From the NCBI RefSeq assembly GCF_018350175.1, contig NC_058368.1, positions 7,874,001-7,938,000 of the forward strand: a stretch of DNA of 64,000 nt. The letters run 5' to 3'. Shown here piece after piece: positions 60,463-64,000 of this stretch. Both the position numbers and the translations under genes were made by a program. A model generated the notes under the pieces. That model saw only the letters and a list, made by a program, of their open reading frames with translations. It was not told the DNA's origin and did not search any database. The first letter of the stretch is position 1, and every line of letters begins with the position of its first letter. This DNA is from Felis catus (lineage: Eukaryota).

Positions 60463-61918
60463 AAGACTTAAGGCCCATACAAAGACACGGAGTAAGAGTT
60501 TCAAGGGTGGAGGAAATCTAGTGCTCTTTGGAAGAGGCGACATTGAAGTGGGTGGTGGCCCACGGAGACGAGGCGGGGGAGGGCCTACAGGCAGAGGGGC
60601 CGGCATGAGTGGAGACCCAAAACTGGGACATGAGGGGGCAGAGCAGGCAGTATCAGGACCAGCCCGCAGAGAGTTCGAGCGTCGGCGTGCAGGGTTTAAA
60701 CTACAAGCTGCATGCAGGCAGCTGGGGCCGGTGAAATATCTGTGAAGAACAGAAAACACACAAGCTAGAAACCCGAGCCGTTTCCTTCTCCCCTCTTATC
60801 CATCCAGCCACCGAGCACATGCACTTCCTGCCACAGTCCCCGCTGGGCAAACCTTTTAGTCTAGAGGGGAAATCCACATTCTCTCCCCGTCCAGGCCAAC
60901 ACAAAGTCCTGCCGGCTCTCCTCCCATGGCTCAGGAAATTGTCACCTCCTGTCCTGCCCCGCTATCACTGCCTACATCGAGGCCCCGCCAGCTGTCACCT
61001 GGACCGCAGCACTGGCTTCCTGACCAGGCTCGACTCCCCGCCCCCCTGCCAGGCTCTCCTCCACTCTGGGCCAGCGTGATCTCGCCTCTGTGTAAATTCC
61101 ATCACCACCACCTCTGCTCCCCACAGCCGTGGGGATAAAAATCCACATCCCTGGGTCCTTCGTGCCCAACCCCGCCTATCTCTTCAGCTTCGTCCCCTGC
61201 CGCTCTCCCACTTGCTCCGATCACATCAAAACATTCGTAGGTTCTCACACCTCCCAGCCCTTTCTGCACCTCTGCGCTTCGGCACTCTGTTTCTCTACCA
61301 GAACGGCGGCTTCTGGGGGCTGCGGCCACATCCTCGTCGTCTTTATACGCCCCCTCATCGGACTGGGTGAGCGAGGAGATAAATTATGATTGGCTTTGAG
61401 TCCCAAGCGTCTCATGAAGCTTTCAGAGGGTTCAAGGTCAAATTCCTGTTTGTGCGTATTAATCCAAGAAACCCACGGAACACCACCTACGTGGCACTCT
61501 CTGTTCTAGATACTAGTACGTGGTGGTGGATGAAAGGCATGGACGGTCTAGAGCTCACAGTCTGAACAGATAAATACGTTCAACGTTCCGAGCGGAGGAG
61601 CAGAGGGTAGGGCCGGGGTTCTCTCGTTCGCTGCTATGTCTCTGGTGTTTAGAAGGGGGCCTGGCCCCCAGTAGGCACCCTGAGAATACTGGGTGAGTGC
61701 AAGAATGAGTTCGGCTCAACGACGCCTAGCTTTGCTGGCCTGTGGCTAAGTTTACCCGAACCTCATGAGAATGAGAACAGCCTCCTTGAAGAAGTTGCAA
61801 AGTGTGATAAGCTTTTCTCTTCGTACGCAGCCTCTCGATGGGAATATTGTAAGCTCGAGTTAATAGGAGTTTGGATTTCCTCCCCCATGTGAAAGGTCGA
61901 ATGCTGCCTTGCTGTATT

Positions 61919-61930
61919 CACACGCACACA

Positions 61931-61968
<38 letters not shown>
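61919..61968. repeat. (CA)n microsatellite
   Basis: cacacgcacacacatgcgcg followed by about 15 CA units. Confidence 0.9.
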
Positions 61969-61969
<1 letters not shown>

Positions 61970-63339
61970 CCTGAGACCTGCTCAGGCCTCAGTGGCCTTT
62001 GGCTGTTGGAGATGCTGATAGCATCTTGAGACACAGTACTGTCCGCCTAAAAGCTCTGCAGATGCCTCCTGCTTGGAATGCCCTGGGAGAGGCCCCCTCC
62101 CACTGTGGGAACTTTCCCACTGCATTCCACGGGGCAGGAAGTTGACCCCCAAAGCAATTCCACAGCCCTTACGCAGGCAAAATTCCTTTCAGTGGGACCC
62201 AATGTGCTCGGGTGCATTTACACATTTCAAGAACCAACTCATTAAAAAACATCCTCAAGATGAACATTTATTACAGGAGAAAGGTCTATTTAACATTCTG
62301 TGACTGCTTACTGAACACCAAGAATTTAACCAGATACGATGTAGTATCTGTGCTCGATCCCTGCCGCTCTTGATAGCTCAATCTCAGGCTGTGTTTGCAA
62401 AGTAACCATTAGGGGAGCCTTAGGTTGAGTAGACGGACTTCAAGTCAGCATCATCCCTTCCTATACGGCTCTTGGATATTTTCTCAGAGGTCAAACGTCC
62501 ACCCGCTGGCCTGGCGGGACCCAGCTTCAACTTGCTGGTGACAGCTGATGAGCTCAGCCCATGAAACGGCCCAGCTGTACATGGCAGGGGAAAGGAGGCC
62601 AGAGGAAACGTGGGTGGGGTTTGACAACAACTAGGAGTTAGCACTGGGTCTCAGGGACGTTCCTGTCACATGGGGTGTGTGAAAGCCAGCATCAGGGCAC
62701 GCTGTGAGCTTGCTTTACATGGGATATTGACAAGAATGGGGCCAACCTGAAGAGTTAGGAAGACTGCACTTTTAGCTTACAGACCCCGCTAACCCTGGGG
62801 CACAGAGTGTTCCGTGTCAGTTACCTTTCAAGCTTCAGACCATCCCCCTCGGGACAGGAAGGGGGGACGCCAGCCAGGGGATGCACTGGGTCCTGGGGGG
62901 TGAGGTACCTCGTCCAGAGGCTGTGCGCCTGCTGAGTCCCGCTGCCTCGCCCTGCGCCTTTCTGATGGTGGCGGCTGTTCGCGCTGCACGGGGCCCGGAC
63001 TTTGTCTTGTGGCGGTGTCACGCCAACCCTGACACGTGGCACGGTGTGGTGCCAGGCTGCCGGAATCGACAGGCAGCAGGGCCAGGGCACTTGACTCGCA
63101 CCACAGCACCGGTGGTCCTTCCCAGGAGGTTAGCGGAACTCCCTACGCAGAAGACCAGGGCCTCCGGCTCGGGGACCTGCCTTGACTTGAGACAGGACAA
63201 GTTCTACCTGGAAAGGGCAGGAAGCAAGCAGCTATGTCTTTGACCCAGGACCCTAGGCCCCGGCTTGCTCGTCCTTCGAATGCGGGGTCACAACAGGACC
63301 CTGGCTCACAGGTGAAATGTATGAACCTAGTAGGGGCCA

Positions 63340-63519
63340 TTTTTTTTTTTTTAACGTTTATTTATTTTGGGAGCGAGAGAGAGGGAGAGAGAATCCCAAG
63401 CCGGCTCCATGCTGTCAACGCAGAGCCCGACTTGGGGCGCAATCCCACGAACAGTGAGATCACGACCTGAGCCCAAGTCAGAAGTCAGACGCTTGCCGAC
63501 TGAGCCACCCAGGTGCCCT
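63340..63519 (-). mobile_element. Can-SINE
   Basis: aatcccaagccggctcc..gactgagccacccaggtgccc. Confidence 0.88.
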
Positions 63520-63583
63520 GAGGGCTATTCTTTTGAAGGTTCTCCCCCACTCCCCCCGTCCCAGCGTTCCCTTTTCCTTTTTT

Positions 63584-63811
63584 TTTTTTTTTAATTTTTT
63601 TTTTCAACGTTTTATTTTTATTTTTGGGACAGAGAGAGACAGAGCATGAACGGGGGAGGGACAGAGAGAGAGAGGGAGACACAGAATCGGAAACAGGCTC
63701 CAGGCTCCGAGCCATCAGCCCAGAGCCTGACGCGGGGCTCGAACTCACGGACTGCGAGATCGTGACCTGGCTGAAGTCGGACGCTTAACCGACTGCGCCA
63801 CCCAGGCGCCC
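63584..63811 (-). mobile_element. Young SINEC_Fc
   Basis: gactgcgccacccaggcgcccc head; TSD cccttttcctttttt (63569-63583, 63812-63826). Confidence 0.93.
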
Positions 63812-64000
63812 CCCTTTTCCTTTTTTAAAACATCCTTATCTTGTGGGCTTCAAGTACTATACGAGATGATTTCATTTTCATCCAAACCTATTGCATACAT
63901 CACAGGTTTTTTCCCCCTAAAACTAGTCAGACTTTGACCCAAATAGCGATCATTTTCTGCAGACAACCGAGTCACGACCTTCCCTGAGAAATTCGCCTCG

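Noticed and set aside
58619..64000. FLT1 exon 15 or known sFLT1 terminal exons
   Set aside because: No Ig-domain coding sequence found; intron 15 continues past the window end

Overview
Mammalian genomic DNA, very probably a felid: it carries about 27 carnivore Can-SINEs, several of the young feline SINEC_Fc type. The window holds two convergent protein-coding genes. On + is the 3' end of PAN3 (tail of one exon at 1-12, exon 7080-7218, last coding exon 9678-9818, about 2.8 kb 3'UTR, AATAAA at 12631). On - is the 3' half of FLT1/VEGFR1: 15 coding exons from 58618 down to 21456, equivalent to human exons 16-30 (transmembrane helix, split kinase, C-tail). All have GT-AG boundaries and join into one uninterrupted 1769-nt frame, followed by an about 2.9 kb 3'UTR with AATAAA at 18575-18580. 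The rest is intronic or intergenic DNA with SINEs, MIR, L1M, L2, MLT1, MER5/53/58 and a G-rich 45-49 bp minisatellite. Nearly all ORFs in the supplied track are spurious. I found no evidence of a wholly new gene or biological system. The best leads are RNA-processing hypotheses at FLT1: an intron-21 leader matching the human intracellular isoform, inverted SINEs flanking an in-frame stop-free 249-nt exon 26-27 unit (circRNA or skipping), and SINE-supplied poly(A) and splice signals around the transmembrane exon. A miR-130-family site cluster in the PAN3 3'UTR and a strong CTCF motif are also worth checking. Repeat names and human comparisons are from memory, not database searches.
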